Positions 38,361 through 50,705 of a stretch of DNA of 64,000 nt are shown piece by piece. The stretch is taken from the NCBI GenBank assembly GCA_965644265.1, contig OZ286472.1, positions 24,676,001 to 24,740,000 on the forward strand, read 5' to 3'. Numbering within the stretch: position 1 is the first letter of the stretch; each line of letters opens with the position of its first letter. The stretch is from Glycera tridactyla (lineage: Eukaryota). The notes beneath the pieces are model-generated. The model did no database searches and was not told the origin of the DNA. It saw nothing but the letters and a program-made list of their open reading frames with translations. Made by a program: the position numbers and the translations under genes.

Positions 38361-38683
38361 CAGGGTTTGTACTGGACTTGAAAACTCCTTAAATTTGCGT
38401 GGACTACTCGAAAACTACTTGAATCTGTAATATCATGATCTTGTACTTGAAAAGTACTGGAATTTGGTGCCATACTACTTGAAAACCAGCGTGACTACTT
38501 GAATTCACACAAACTGGCCAAAATTCTAATCGTTCCGGGTTGATTTGTGGTTACTTGCACTTCTATACTTCATCAAAAAGGTGCAAATCGATCTCCGCGT
38601 ATGTACTTGAAAATACTCATGGGTACTTGAAAAGTACTTAAAAAGTACTTGCATTTGAAAGTCAAAAAGGTGTACGAACCCTG
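38361..38683. mobile_element. CAGGG hAT-like MITE with 6-bp target duplication
   Basis: TIR CAGGGTTTGTAC/GTACGAACCCTG; GCAGAC directly repeated on both sides; many TACTTGAA subterminal repeats. Confidence 0.88.
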
Positions 38684-41147
38684 GCAGACTGCAATCCCCT
38701 GTCTATGTTTGAGGAATCAGATTTCACAGTTTCTCCAGTCATCCAAAGAAAAGTCTTGATAATTTGGTATGTGGGGGGAATTCATTGACTGCATATGATA
38801 CTATTCTGTTCATCACTCCTGTTCATATGTACTCACATGTCCAACTTATCTCTGGAATGTGCATATCTAGATGACCTCACAATTGATGAATTGGATCCTG
38901 TTGATTGAAAGCAAATAAAGGATGCCAGCATCTGATGATTGAAAATAGTAATTATGCCAATTTTTAAGAGAAATGATGCCAGTATTTGCAATGATCAGAG
39001 AAGAGAATCCTGAATTTCTCGAACTTATGTCAGTCTTCACAAAAAAAATTCCGCCACTCTCCCATCCGAAGAGCAGACTGGAATAATCACTTTCCCAAAT
39101 TGGTTAAAGGAAAACTGACCTCAAGTAGGCATATTGAGAGCGAGACATTCATGGGAGTGAATGCTTTATCAAGACTTAAATTCTAAATTATCTGTCATGA
39201 GAGTGACCACTGATACCTTTTTGTTAAAGCTTGTTCTTCACTATAAAGATTATGCAGGTACATTCAAAGTCACCTAATAGGCAATAAGGTTTTTCTTTAA
39301 TGAAGTCAAAACTGTGGAGTTGGTATTCAGAATAAATTCATTACTTCTTGATCAATTGAAAAATTTACACTCTCCCACCGGGGGAGCGAGTTTGGTCTTT
39401 TTACTCTCCCGAAACCAAATTCACTCTCCCTGGGATTTGAGAGAGTGGCTAAATTTGAAGAGTGGAATGTTATGCAGAATTTTGCTTGAAAAATGTGTAA
39501 TGATTACTACAAAAATGTAATAATGGTGTCTGCAACATCCACATAACATCTGCGGGTAGTTACTTGGGTGGGGTTTAGTTGGTCAGTCAGTTGGAAGACC
39601 ATCTGGAGGTGGTTCTAGTGTGGTTTTCTCTATAGTTCCCTCCATAAAATACACATAAATAGCATGGAGTCACACCTCTAACATGCCTAGGTTATCTCTC
39701 CCGCTGTGGGGTCCTGACCTCCAGACAACACCGCAGTCTTCACATGTCAGATGTCTTCAGGTATAGAATCTACTCCAGCATAACCTCCACCACTGCAGGC
39801 TCAGATGATGCATTCACTTACTGGGCAGCTAATGCCTGAATGTATGAGTCCAGCAATTATATCACCTCAATCATTTATTCCATAGCTACTGGTGTGCCCT
39901 TGGATAAGAGAATCATGTTATCAGTCTTCACGAAAAACTTTGGCAGCTACTTTCCCTTAGAGAGAGCAGATTGGAACAATCACTTTCCTGAAAATGGGAT
40001 CACTCCCTCAAATTTATTCAAGTCAAAATGATGAGCAAGTTGAAAAATAGGGCTGAGATATATGTGTGAATAAATGCCTAGTCGATACCTGATTTTATCA
40101 ATACCAAGTGACTGCTTAAGTCCCAATGACCCAGGTTTTGCAATATTTATTCCTTAGAACCATACATGTGCAGGCATTATATGTGAAGCCATGCTATTTA
40201 TGTGCATTTATTAGTGGTGGAGACAAAATTGTGTTCTGTCTTTGCAGTTTAATCAACACTCACTTATCTTCTGAAAAGTTCACACTCTCCCATTGGTAGA
40301 GTGAGTTTGGCCTTTCCACTCTCCCAAAATCAGATTCATTGGCCCCAGGATTCGGCAGAGTGGACAAATTCAAAGACGGTGTTATAGATCAATATGTGAC
40401 ATCATAGACAACAGCGACTTCAAACTTTCATATGAAGCTGAATTTAGACTCAATGCCAGATGCTGAACGATCACAAATCAATTGTGATATCACTTGCTGG
40501 AAACTTATTAGCTCCGCTCTGTGACCATTTTTACTACGTCAAATTTGAATATCCCATCATCACATATAACCTCACAGTACATGTATTTCATTTTCATGGA
40601 AATGATATCTTGGAAGAAGATTAACTAAATATGATGCAAGTTTGACCTAATGGTTTTTCACTCAAATTTTGTTGTAATATTTCAGCCGTAAATGATATCA
40701 TATACTGCATCTCTCCAAGTGAAATCTTCCTCAAAATACTGAACATCATCTCTTAATGTACACCAAAAGCAGGGCTCATAGCTGCGTTTTCCAATAAGAA
40801 TTTTGACCGAACAAAAGGGCCCATGCATGTCAATCACTATTGAAAGACACTTTGGTAAATCTGGCTGTAGAATCAATGCATTACAGCTGAACCTCTATAA
40901 AGATCGCCTTTGGTCACATACAAAATTAGCCTTTACAGGGAGGTACTACCACGGTCGTCGCAGTATAGTCCAAAATGATTGCAGTGCCCATCTCTGGCCG
41001 AGAGGTCCATGGCATCTTGACTATCATCGAGCACAAGGGTATTGAGTTTATGTCATAGGTGTGGCCTTTTTCATGAACCTAACTGATCTCTACTTGCAGC
41101 AATTTTTTGTCAATACCTAGATGTTCATGGGAGATTTTATTGAAATA

Positions 41148-41299
41148 CAGTCAAACCTCTCTATAAAGACCACCTCCGGTCGCATCAAAGTGGCCTTCAT
41201 ATTGGGTGGTCATTATGGAGAAGTCATTTACTGTTGAAAATACTACCACGGTCGCAGCTGAGAGTGGCCTTTATAGAGTCTTCAGAGGAGGTTTGACTG
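41148..41299 (+). mobile_element. 152-bp TA-flanked CAGT MITE
   Basis: TA|CAGTCAAACCTC ... GAGGTTTGACTG|TA; interior shared with 15060-15219. Confidence 0.85.
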
Positions 41300-42872
41300 T
41301 ATATCACATGTATTATTTTCGATGGTGACAGAATAATTGGGTTCATCATCACAGTAATATACTGCTCAGTAGGATATTATATTGTGCCAGTGCTGATGCA
41401 ACTTTTCCAGAATTTTCCCGAATTCTGGCTATTTGATGGTGCCAGATTACTGGGCTTGAATGTTGCGAGGCCATGTATCTATCACAATATCTGATGGGCT
41501 AGAAGGCAATGAGTAGATTAACTGTGACAATCTCATAGAATAAATAACCCAGGAATGGCTTATAGTGTATGCTGACTGGGATATCGAAGGCCCGCCAGGT
41601 GTATAGGAGTATGCATGTAAAAGAACCACTGCTGTCCTTTGCATAGAGTGTGGAATGCCCCCAGTGGCAGTGACTCTTTTCTTCAGCATATTCAGTTTTC
41701 CATCTGATATAACCCAAGAAGGCTGAAAGGATTTTAAATCCAAACAAACAAACAACAACAGCTATCACATTCATGTTGAATTCATCACCTATCTTTGCCT
41801 GAATGTGTACATTATCCTGGCCTTGAGAAAATAGTTTTCTCAGAGTTTTTAGCCAGCATAGGTACCTCACTTATAATGATGAAGTCCCTGAAAATGAGGG
41901 ATTTGTTGGGGGTCAACCAGTACACACTAGTTGGTAAAAATCACAATTTCCACCAGATGTTAAAAGATCAGACTTGATGAGCAGTCCATGTTGCCATAGC
42001 AACAGTCTTGTAGGAATAATTGAATTACTGTTGTTTTCATATCATTTTCACTCTGTCTGGATGAGTGGAATTCCACACGTTTTTCTGTTGCATGTAGAGT
42101 GCATAGATAAAAAAAGATTCGGTGTTTTGTCTAATCTGAGGGGTGTGGGTGCTGTATTTCACCAGGTTATCATTGAATGCTGATTCATGCTATTCATATA
42201 TGATTTGTTGGCTAATTTTCCTGTAATTTGATGTCTGGAAATTTCTTCATGCATTTGGCTGCCTTTACATCTAGATCCATGCACGTGGCGCTGGTGAAAG
42301 TTCTCTGATGGTGATCTAGAAAGTTGCTGAATTTGATTTGTCATACAGTTGTGCAACTTTTGTAGTTTATGGAGGTACATTCTGAAATTTCACCGGATTT
42401 TCGGTACATATTTCGGTTGCCCTCTTTATTGACCTGTGGATTAATTCATCGTGCTTTGATAAATTTTCTTGTACATTTTGTAGAAATGCATGAGAATGAG
42501 AACTACTGAATTTCTCATCTATATATTTCTGTTTTGCTAAAACACTCATGTTTCCTGTGTTACAGGTGAGTCCTCTACCCACTGCCAAAAGTCATATGAA
42601 TAGATAAGTAAATCATTTAGAGTACTACGCTAGAAAGCTACAGGCTGTTCACAGAATACACTACCAATGATTCTACATCTTTAGCGCAACAAAACAGAAT
42701 TGGGACCTGTTTTCCATTGCCTGCAAATTGTTACAGAAAGTTGGACACCATTATCATTAACAATTTTATATGTATATGTACCAAGTGTTTTCCCAGTGTT
42801 TATGACATGAATGCATTGAATATCCTGCTACACCTGTAACATGAATGTATATCATGTAAGAAAATGAAGTTA

Positions 42873-42908
42873 CTCAATCTCAATCTCAATCTCAATCTCA
42901 ATCTCAAT
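42873..42908. repeat. (CTCAAT)6 microsatellite
   Basis: Six perfect hexamer units. Confidence 0.9.
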
Positions 42909-44734
42909 GCAATTGGGAAGTTGGAGTTCATTCCTATTTTTGTCTTTCGGATATATATTTCATGATGGAGAGTTGGAATAGCACTGTGTGAGATACCTCA
43001 CTGAGGTGCATCCTGAATGTCACCACATTATTTTTAAGAATGTTGCAGTGACAAATATCAACTACATGCCAAATACTCACAGCAGAAATATAAATATTTT
43101 GGAGACATCTGCCTTTCATTCAAATTAACCAATCCAGGATGACTCAATTTTGAGATGTCTTCCCTGTACAAAAAAAAACATAAATCATTGAAGTATGTAG
43201 GCAAATGTAACATAAAGTGGTGTTTGTGTGATTTGAATTGACTTTGCTTTTTGAGTCTCTATGGTACATTCCTCAGCGTTTAGCAAATCACCTTGCTGAA
43301 TCTGTGCAGTCATTGGTGCCATCATTTCCAACTTAATCCCATGTATTCAAGGCAAAATACTGGGGTCAACTTATACGCCACGTTGACCTACATGCCAGGT
43401 ACTCCATGGTACACTATCAAGGTTCTCTTTCATTTTCATCATGAATCACCTCTCAGGGCCCTACACTGGCCAAAATATCAAGGAGCCAGCTGTCCCCTAA
43501 GTTGGTAGCCAGTCAATACAAATGTCATTGTCATTGTCATTGTCAATGCCAACCTCTCACAATTTTATGTGCCTTACTAACTTTTAAAATATGGTGTCCA
43601 GAGTGTGAATTTGGTAGCCACTGGCTGTCCACAGGTAGCAACTTAAAGCCCTGCTTCTGTGGGTTCATAGGTGATGCACTCTCCATTCTTCAGATTTGAC
43701 CCTTGTATTCAGCGCCATCTAACTCCTGTCTACAAGGGTTCACCTTTGAACCTAAAATTGATTTGTGGTGACATATAGACATTGCAAAATCAAAATCATG
43801 TGTGAGATTCAGCTTTTCATGAATGCCACATTTGCATCTTGCAGATAAAACCCTCATTTATCATTTCCCCTGTTATCCCTTTCCAAATGTTATTATGAAC
43901 CAAAAACCACAAAGAGTATTGCCCCCCCCCCCTCCCCCCCCCCTCCCAATCACATTTAGAATGCTCGTGGTGTGAAGATGGAAAACCCCTTGTAGGCTGC
44001 TATGTGCCTCCTACCAGCTGAAATCAAGTCCAAACTATTATCTCACTTCAGGGAAATGTCAAATTTCTGTGTACTGCTATTAATAGGGTTTTCCCTTTGT
44101 CCTGGAATGTTGGGAATGTCATGGAAATTGGTCAAAACAATTCTGGGTCTGGGTGAATTATGCAAAAAATTGATTTGTCCTATGGTTTGCATCAAGAATG
44201 GCTACCAGTAGTAACGTGGCTGGGTTTTCAGTGGCATTGCCCATTTAGTGTGCACTACACAATGCCGTTCACACCAGCATGTACCAGTATATGTTTTGAT
44301 GCATTATACAGTTTATGCTACTGACTAGAAACAGGTGTCAGTCATATCTCCATGGTGATCAGTCAACAAAATATAAGGAGGCATAGTCCCCCATTGAGAA
44401 GATGGCCAGAAGTGTTGAATAATATTATGGGATGTTTGATGTTGATGGGGTTTGCTGAAGAGGGTGGAGGAGGGGGCAGATATTGCTAAGTGCCTGAGGG
44501 TAAATAATGGAAGCATTTCTTATTTTTGTGTAGGGAAATGGCTGCTGAGATATGGAAATATTATGAATGGTTGTAGGGGCTGTTATGTCCCATTCGTGAT
44601 GATTGTACGCCATTGTTTATCATCAGTTGAGAAGTCATGCCACAGCTTTGCCCACACGCCCCCTCCATCCTTCTCCCACTGTCTTTTTCCACCACCTCAT
44701 TCCCACATAATTCTATATAAACTTATTTTATTTG

Positions 44735-44739
<5 letters not shown>

Positions 44740-44790
<51 letters not shown>
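44740..44790. repeat. (CA)n microsatellite
   Basis: About 25 CA units. Confidence 0.97.
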
Positions 44791-44791
<1 letters not shown>

Positions 44792-45120
44792 CCCCACAGT
44801 CACACATATTGAAGAAATGCCAGAAATTATCACATTGATGATGATGACAAAGTAAGAGTGTACTTGCTGTGATGCAAACCTTTGATGACAAAAGTTAGCG
44901 ATTTTAATAATCTTCAAGAGTAGTGAAACAGAGGATCATAAAATTATCTGAGTGAAGTTACAGATAGAGTGTCAAAACTTGTTTCAAAAAGGTTATTCCT
45001 CACTCCTTAATCATAATCATTGGTATTCAAATTGCTCATATCAAAAAAATGGATATGAATTTGTTGGGATTCTGAAACTTTTTGCTAACTGACAGTACTG
45101 TGAAATTTTCCAAACCCTAA

Positions 45121-45163
<43 letters not shown>

Positions 45164-48044
45164 AGAGATATGAATCCTATCAACATCTATCTGGTGAGAT
45201 GACAGGGGATAAAATCCTGGTAGTTTCAAGTGTTGAATAGGAGATGAGTGTTGGTGGTCCTCGACTTGGGTCTTCATTTTACTTTTGAATTTAGAGGTAA
45301 AACAAATCAGAGAAGTGAAACCTCACACTGCTTTGATGGTTCCACTGCAATTAAGTCATTTGGAGACCTTGTCATCTGACCTTTTGAGTCAAAATAGGAA
45401 CACTCACTTGAAGAACTAGGGAGCAACTGCTCGGAGGGTGGTCTTGTTGCTAGGTAACCTGATGCTGGTAGTATCTCTGGGTGATGATGGAAGTGATGAC
45501 TTGCTTAGCTCACACTTAGTGGAGGCTGCAGTTGAAACCTTTGATGTCTCTGTCAGTGTTTGGATTTCTGGATGATTGAGGCTATCAAATGCCACTAAAT
45601 ATCTCACCGCTCTGTGACTAATTTGGGTAAGTTTTGGCAGGTGATATTTGTCAAGTTCACCCAACAATTTAAGCTGATAACATTGATTGATTGATTAATT
45701 GCATTACCATTCATTTAAACATGGTGTTCTTCAATTCTTGGCTTACTCAGAGAACCAAGTTGAATTGTAAAGGATTTTGCATTGCAAGATACCAACTTCC
45801 ATATCCTAAAACAGGTCTGGGAAAGACAAGACATAGCTTTTTTTCATAAGACAGGTTTTTTTTGGCAAAGGACAGAGGTCTAATATGTTTATTATTGCTC
45901 CTCAATGGAATTATAATTTCCACCATCACTATTTCAGTTCATCATCTTGAATGGTTGATACATGACAGAATATTCTATTCTCATTATGATACTCAGAAAA
46001 AGAAACATAGCCATGGGTGAATGGCACAGCCTGAACTCAGTTGTAGAGAGAAATGCCCCATATTTCACTCAGGTCTTAATGGGGTAGTATTTGGAGCAGA
46101 ATCAGTTCAGGGCAGATACTTGAACATCCTGAGAATGAGGTTATTATAAGAGATACACTCGATGCTGTCACAGTGGTGCCATCTATGTTCAAGTCTGTGT
46201 TTATACACAAGTCACATACATGACACCAGAGGGCCAGCGTCAAGTGGAATCATTGTCAATTTATTCACATCAGATAAACAGTATACTCTCCTGGTATGCA
46301 GAGTTTTCAATAGGCAGTGACTAATAAACATTTATCAGCATCTAAATTGTGTGATACAAGTCTCAATCCCATGTGCTTGTATCTTAAATTATTTTTTGAG
46401 TTCAATCATCTCTTCAGTATTTCATTCTAGGGCCTAATCTGGATCTCCCATTTGTTACAATACTGAAAAGCACTGTGCAGAGTTTCAGATTCTTCTGGAG
46501 GCCAGAAGTTCCATAATATAATCAAGAAAATATTGCAATCACCAGGTCTGATTGATTTGGATTTATAGGCATCTATCAACACGGAGGATTTTGTACTCCA
46601 TGCGTTCCAGATCTCTGAAAGTTGGATGCTCCGTCCCTGTGAACATCACTCTCACAACTCCGCCCCCCCCCCCCCCACCCAACCCCAGCTCCATATTCTG
46701 CTAATTTACTCAAAGAACCTATAATGTCTTTGATACACTTCATTTCAATACGTTTTATGTCACTCACATGTATATCAACGCATTCATTGGCAAATCAGAG
46801 CACAGAGTCAAACTGTAGTAGTTACAGACAGAATGGATGTAAGATGATACAGATCTTCTGGCGCCCCACTCTGGGGATGATACTTGTCCTGTTGATAGCT
46901 CAGATAGGGCATCAGTTATCACTCAGTCAAACTTGATGTTGTTGATTTGCCAAGACAAATAGTTTGCACTTTCTGTGTTCAGCTTCCAATTTTTGTTGAT
47001 GAAGTAATCCAAATCTTCCTCAGGAACAGATTGATCTTATTTACCTGTCCACAATGCCAGGTACATTTTTCCAATGCCTTTCCTTGCTATCAGGCTCACA
47101 TGTCATCTTCCAGCCAGTCACACAGTCAGATAGACCATCTTCCGATTCCTCATGTTCATTTTTTCACTGATGGCCTGTCCTAATTCACCATTTTTTCCTC
47201 TGTGTCCCTTTGAGTGATGTTTCTACCAGTTCCTCAGCACCTCATGTTCATTTAGACAGGAGGAGGTGTGTCTGAACAGTCAGCATCTTCCACATGACAG
47301 CCTCTCTGGTTCCCTGTCATCTTGTGTTCAGGGTTGGTGAGAGTGATGCCTGCAGGGGAGAGAACATCTAGATTACATCAAATAGGAACACATGGCATAC
47401 CTAATCCTCTTGGTCGATACATTTCCTTAAACCTCAATCAAACTGAAACCATGGAAGAAGAGGGGATTTTCATGCTGAAACCATCTGATATCTTCATGAC
47501 CAGGGATATGGTAGGGCCATAACAAATGCTGACTGCTCTACATGGAATGAGCCCTGTCTCCATGCTCCTGGGAAATTCCAGCCTCTCCACTCTGCATCAT
47601 ATTTCACCGAAAGGACTATTAGATGACCCTACGGCAATGGTCTGTGAGATGATTGATGAAAGACTGCAACTGTCCTTCATTCACTGAGTGAGGTAAAGTC
47701 ATTATAGTCCAACCCTGGTCTAGTCATGACTAACTAGGATCAGCTGGTAAATCTGATTCAGATACCCAAGATTGATACATTCCACGTTTTCTCCTACTTG
47801 TAGGTTACTGATGTGTATACCATGCCCACAGTCGTACCCATTGCTAAGGTCTCAATCATTGGAAACTGCTGTATAGAAGTTGTGTATGATGCGATACACC
47901 GATTTCTTACATTTCATGTGTTCTTTATTTCATATAATCTTGTTCCATGTCTTGGTATAGGTATTAGTATTCATCTTGTACTTTGATACACATATCAGCA
48001 TTAACATGTATTAGGGAAATTGTGTTGCATCAGAATCATGCTGA

Positions 48045-48252
48045 CAAGAGACCACCTGTTTTGAGAGACACAAGAGACCACCTGTTTTGAGAGACACAAA
48101 AGACCACCTGTTTTGAGAGACACAAGAGACCACCTGTTTTGAGAGACGCAAGGGACCACCTGTTTTGAGAGACACAGGAGACCACCTGTTTTGAGAGACA
48201 CAAAAGACCACCTGTTTTGAGAGACACAAGAGACCACCTGTTTTGAGAGACA
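48045..48252. repeat. 26-bp minisatellite, 8 copies
   Basis: Unit CAAGAGACCACCTGTTTTGAGAGACA at 26-bp spacing from 48045. Confidence 0.96.
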
Positions 48253-50624
48253 TCTTTCAGAAACCCCTTTCTGGTTAGGACACATTGTTTCAGCCTGGAG
48301 GCAGAAGAAATTCTGACCAAATTCACATCCTACAGCTGTGATAATGCAGAGGCGCAGATAGGAGAATTTGCTCGGTTGGCTTCGTCAGCGAGTGATATGG
48401 CTCTTGTGAATGTCATTTGCATGAGAATGTAACTGTTGTGAATCACAAAATAAAGGTGAAAGCAACCATTCTTCTGTGACAATCAGAGCATGATGTCAGG
48501 AGTATTCATTTGGCTTCTGAAATTAGGGATAATTTGATCACCTAACTGTTGATTGGCTACTCAAATTCAGGTTAGGCTTGTAGAATGTGACTGACTGGAG
48601 CTAATCAGGTTTCTTGGTGTTTCTGACCAATTTACCACTCACTGCATTCTTGCAATAGTGCAGTCTTGTTCTGACTCATCAGTGAGTTATCTGGGTGGCA
48701 TGTGTAAAAAGACAGATCAAAGGGAGGTCCTGGTAGTCAGCCATCATCATAGCTATACACACAGTACTGGCCTCATCTAGTCACCAGGCTTGTCTATTTA
48801 GCACAAACAGGTGGCCCAGCTACCTGGCAGGTAAAGTAGATTGGAGTTCTTGGCTTATGCACAGTCAATTACCATTCTATTTGACACCTGTTTTCCCCCA
48901 TTTTCCCTCCAGATTATGATAATGGAAAGTTTCATAAAGAATTTTTTGCAGATGTGCCAACCATTATGATTTTCAATAAATGATCACTCATTCTGAACAA
49001 TTTTTTCACATTATACTGTACATATATTACTCCAAGATATTCTCGATCCTCCTAATTGGTCTTTGCAAATGCTGTGATCATAACCACAGAAAAGCGCTTC
49101 ATTCATTATTTTGTTCATCAGATGTTGGCATCCTTGGTATTGTTCACATTTTCAGAATGACTCTCGAAAAATTGATATTTTCAGCAAAAGACGTGCCCCA
49201 TGTGCTTCATAATTACCATGTGACTAAACAAGGTAAAACAACTACAAATCATTCAGGGGTCGTCAGATTTGTGAGGATGTCTTTAAGTATGTTAGATGCT
49301 ACCAGGAGGTACTATCACAGTCAGAATATGACATGACTCTCACCATGGTGTCCGTAACCATAACCAGATGGGTGGTGTAACCAGATGGGCGTGTCTGTAT
49401 CTGACATTATAAATTTATTGAATGGCCTATCACCCTTGGGGCCAAAGAAAACTGTTCTATTTCATTTTAAGGGCAAATGTTTGTTATCCATTTTCTTTAT
49501 TGTAACCATTCACTAATTGCCATTTGGGCTAGTAGGCATGCTAGTCCATTTACTTAAACTCAAATTTCCTTGCCACGGGAAATAAGGCATCACTCAATGT
49601 CAAACCCTGCAGATACATGAACAAATATGAACTGAATAAGACTCTTTCAGCTACTCCTTTGAAATGTACAAATCACATTCTGAGAAATCATCCAATCTTT
49701 TGTGGATATGAAACTGGATCTCCAGTGTGACACAAACCACCAGGCATGTGAAGAGGCAAGCTGTCTGTGAGCTGAGCTCGGCAGACTCAATATGAATTGA
49801 CAAATGGTGTGTGCTCCATTTGACTCTTTCTACTGATGAAAACATGAGTATCATGAGTATCATCCAACATATTTTTAGGCTGATAATGACTGTGTTAATT
49901 GATGGATCATGAATTGCATTGATTGTGCTGACGAAAAAATGAGGAAAATGGGTGTTACATGTTAGGTGAATGGACTGTAAATCCAGCTACATACCTCTAT
50001 GTAACCTCATGTGGGAGAGGCAATCATGTACATTGTAGGTAAGCCGGGTGTTAAATGCCTTCTTATCAAGGTTGGCCAAGGAGTTCATGTGTGAAGCAAG
50101 TAGTCAAACAAACCAATAACATGGATCATGTACTGTTCTTACATGCGTTGCCTGATAAGCCGAGATAGGTCTGGTTAAATGGCTGATTTCTATCAGCATC
50201 TGGTGTATGTGGTTTTACGGATCCCATATAGGCAGCAATGGTGATAGTAGAGTGTTTAGCCCATGTCTGTGCTTGTATACTCCCCAGGGAGATGAGCTCA
50301 ATGAGGATACCAGACTCTAAACCATTACATTAACATTTTGATTTATATCAAAAGTATCAACTTCCTGGAATAGGAGAGTTCAGGAAAGATTGTGTTTTTT
50401 CATATATGAATATAGAGTTCTGGTATAGACATATAGCATGTGTGTTTTGTTGAAGTATTCCGGGACAATATATCGATGTGGATAATTTCTTTTTTCTTGG
50501 TATGAGTAGAACATTGATGGTATCTGTTATTGGTATTTCAGGACAACATTGCAATGTGCATAATTTGCAATACTTTTTGTATTAATAGAGAACTGAAGGG
50601 AGTATTTCCATTTGTGTGTTTCAG

Positions 50625-50705
50625 GACAGCTTCAGTGACTTGCCTCTGTGTGGTGGATGTGATAGCCCACATACCTGCAGATGTATGGGAGAGAAAGGGT
50701 CAAGA
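50625..50705 (+). CDS. COL4A2: Collagen IV alpha2-type, coding exon 3 (DSFSDLPLCGGCDSPHTCRCMGEKGSR, Cys-rich 7S N-terminus)
   Basis: TTTCAG acceptor, 81 nt, GTAAGT donor; four Cys followed by GEKGSR as in collagen IV N-termini. Not in the ORF track. Confidence 0.9.

Noticed and set aside
46720-47260. Stop-interrupted coding-looking stretch on the minus strand (EEDLDYFINKNWKLN)
   Set aside because: Could be a decayed transposon ORF, but no family motif could be assigned.
50040-50310. Segment with GGCAGCAATGG…CTTGTATACTCCCCAGGGAG resembling marine-invertebrate SINE bodies
   Set aside because: Single copy, resemblance from memory only, boundaries not definable.
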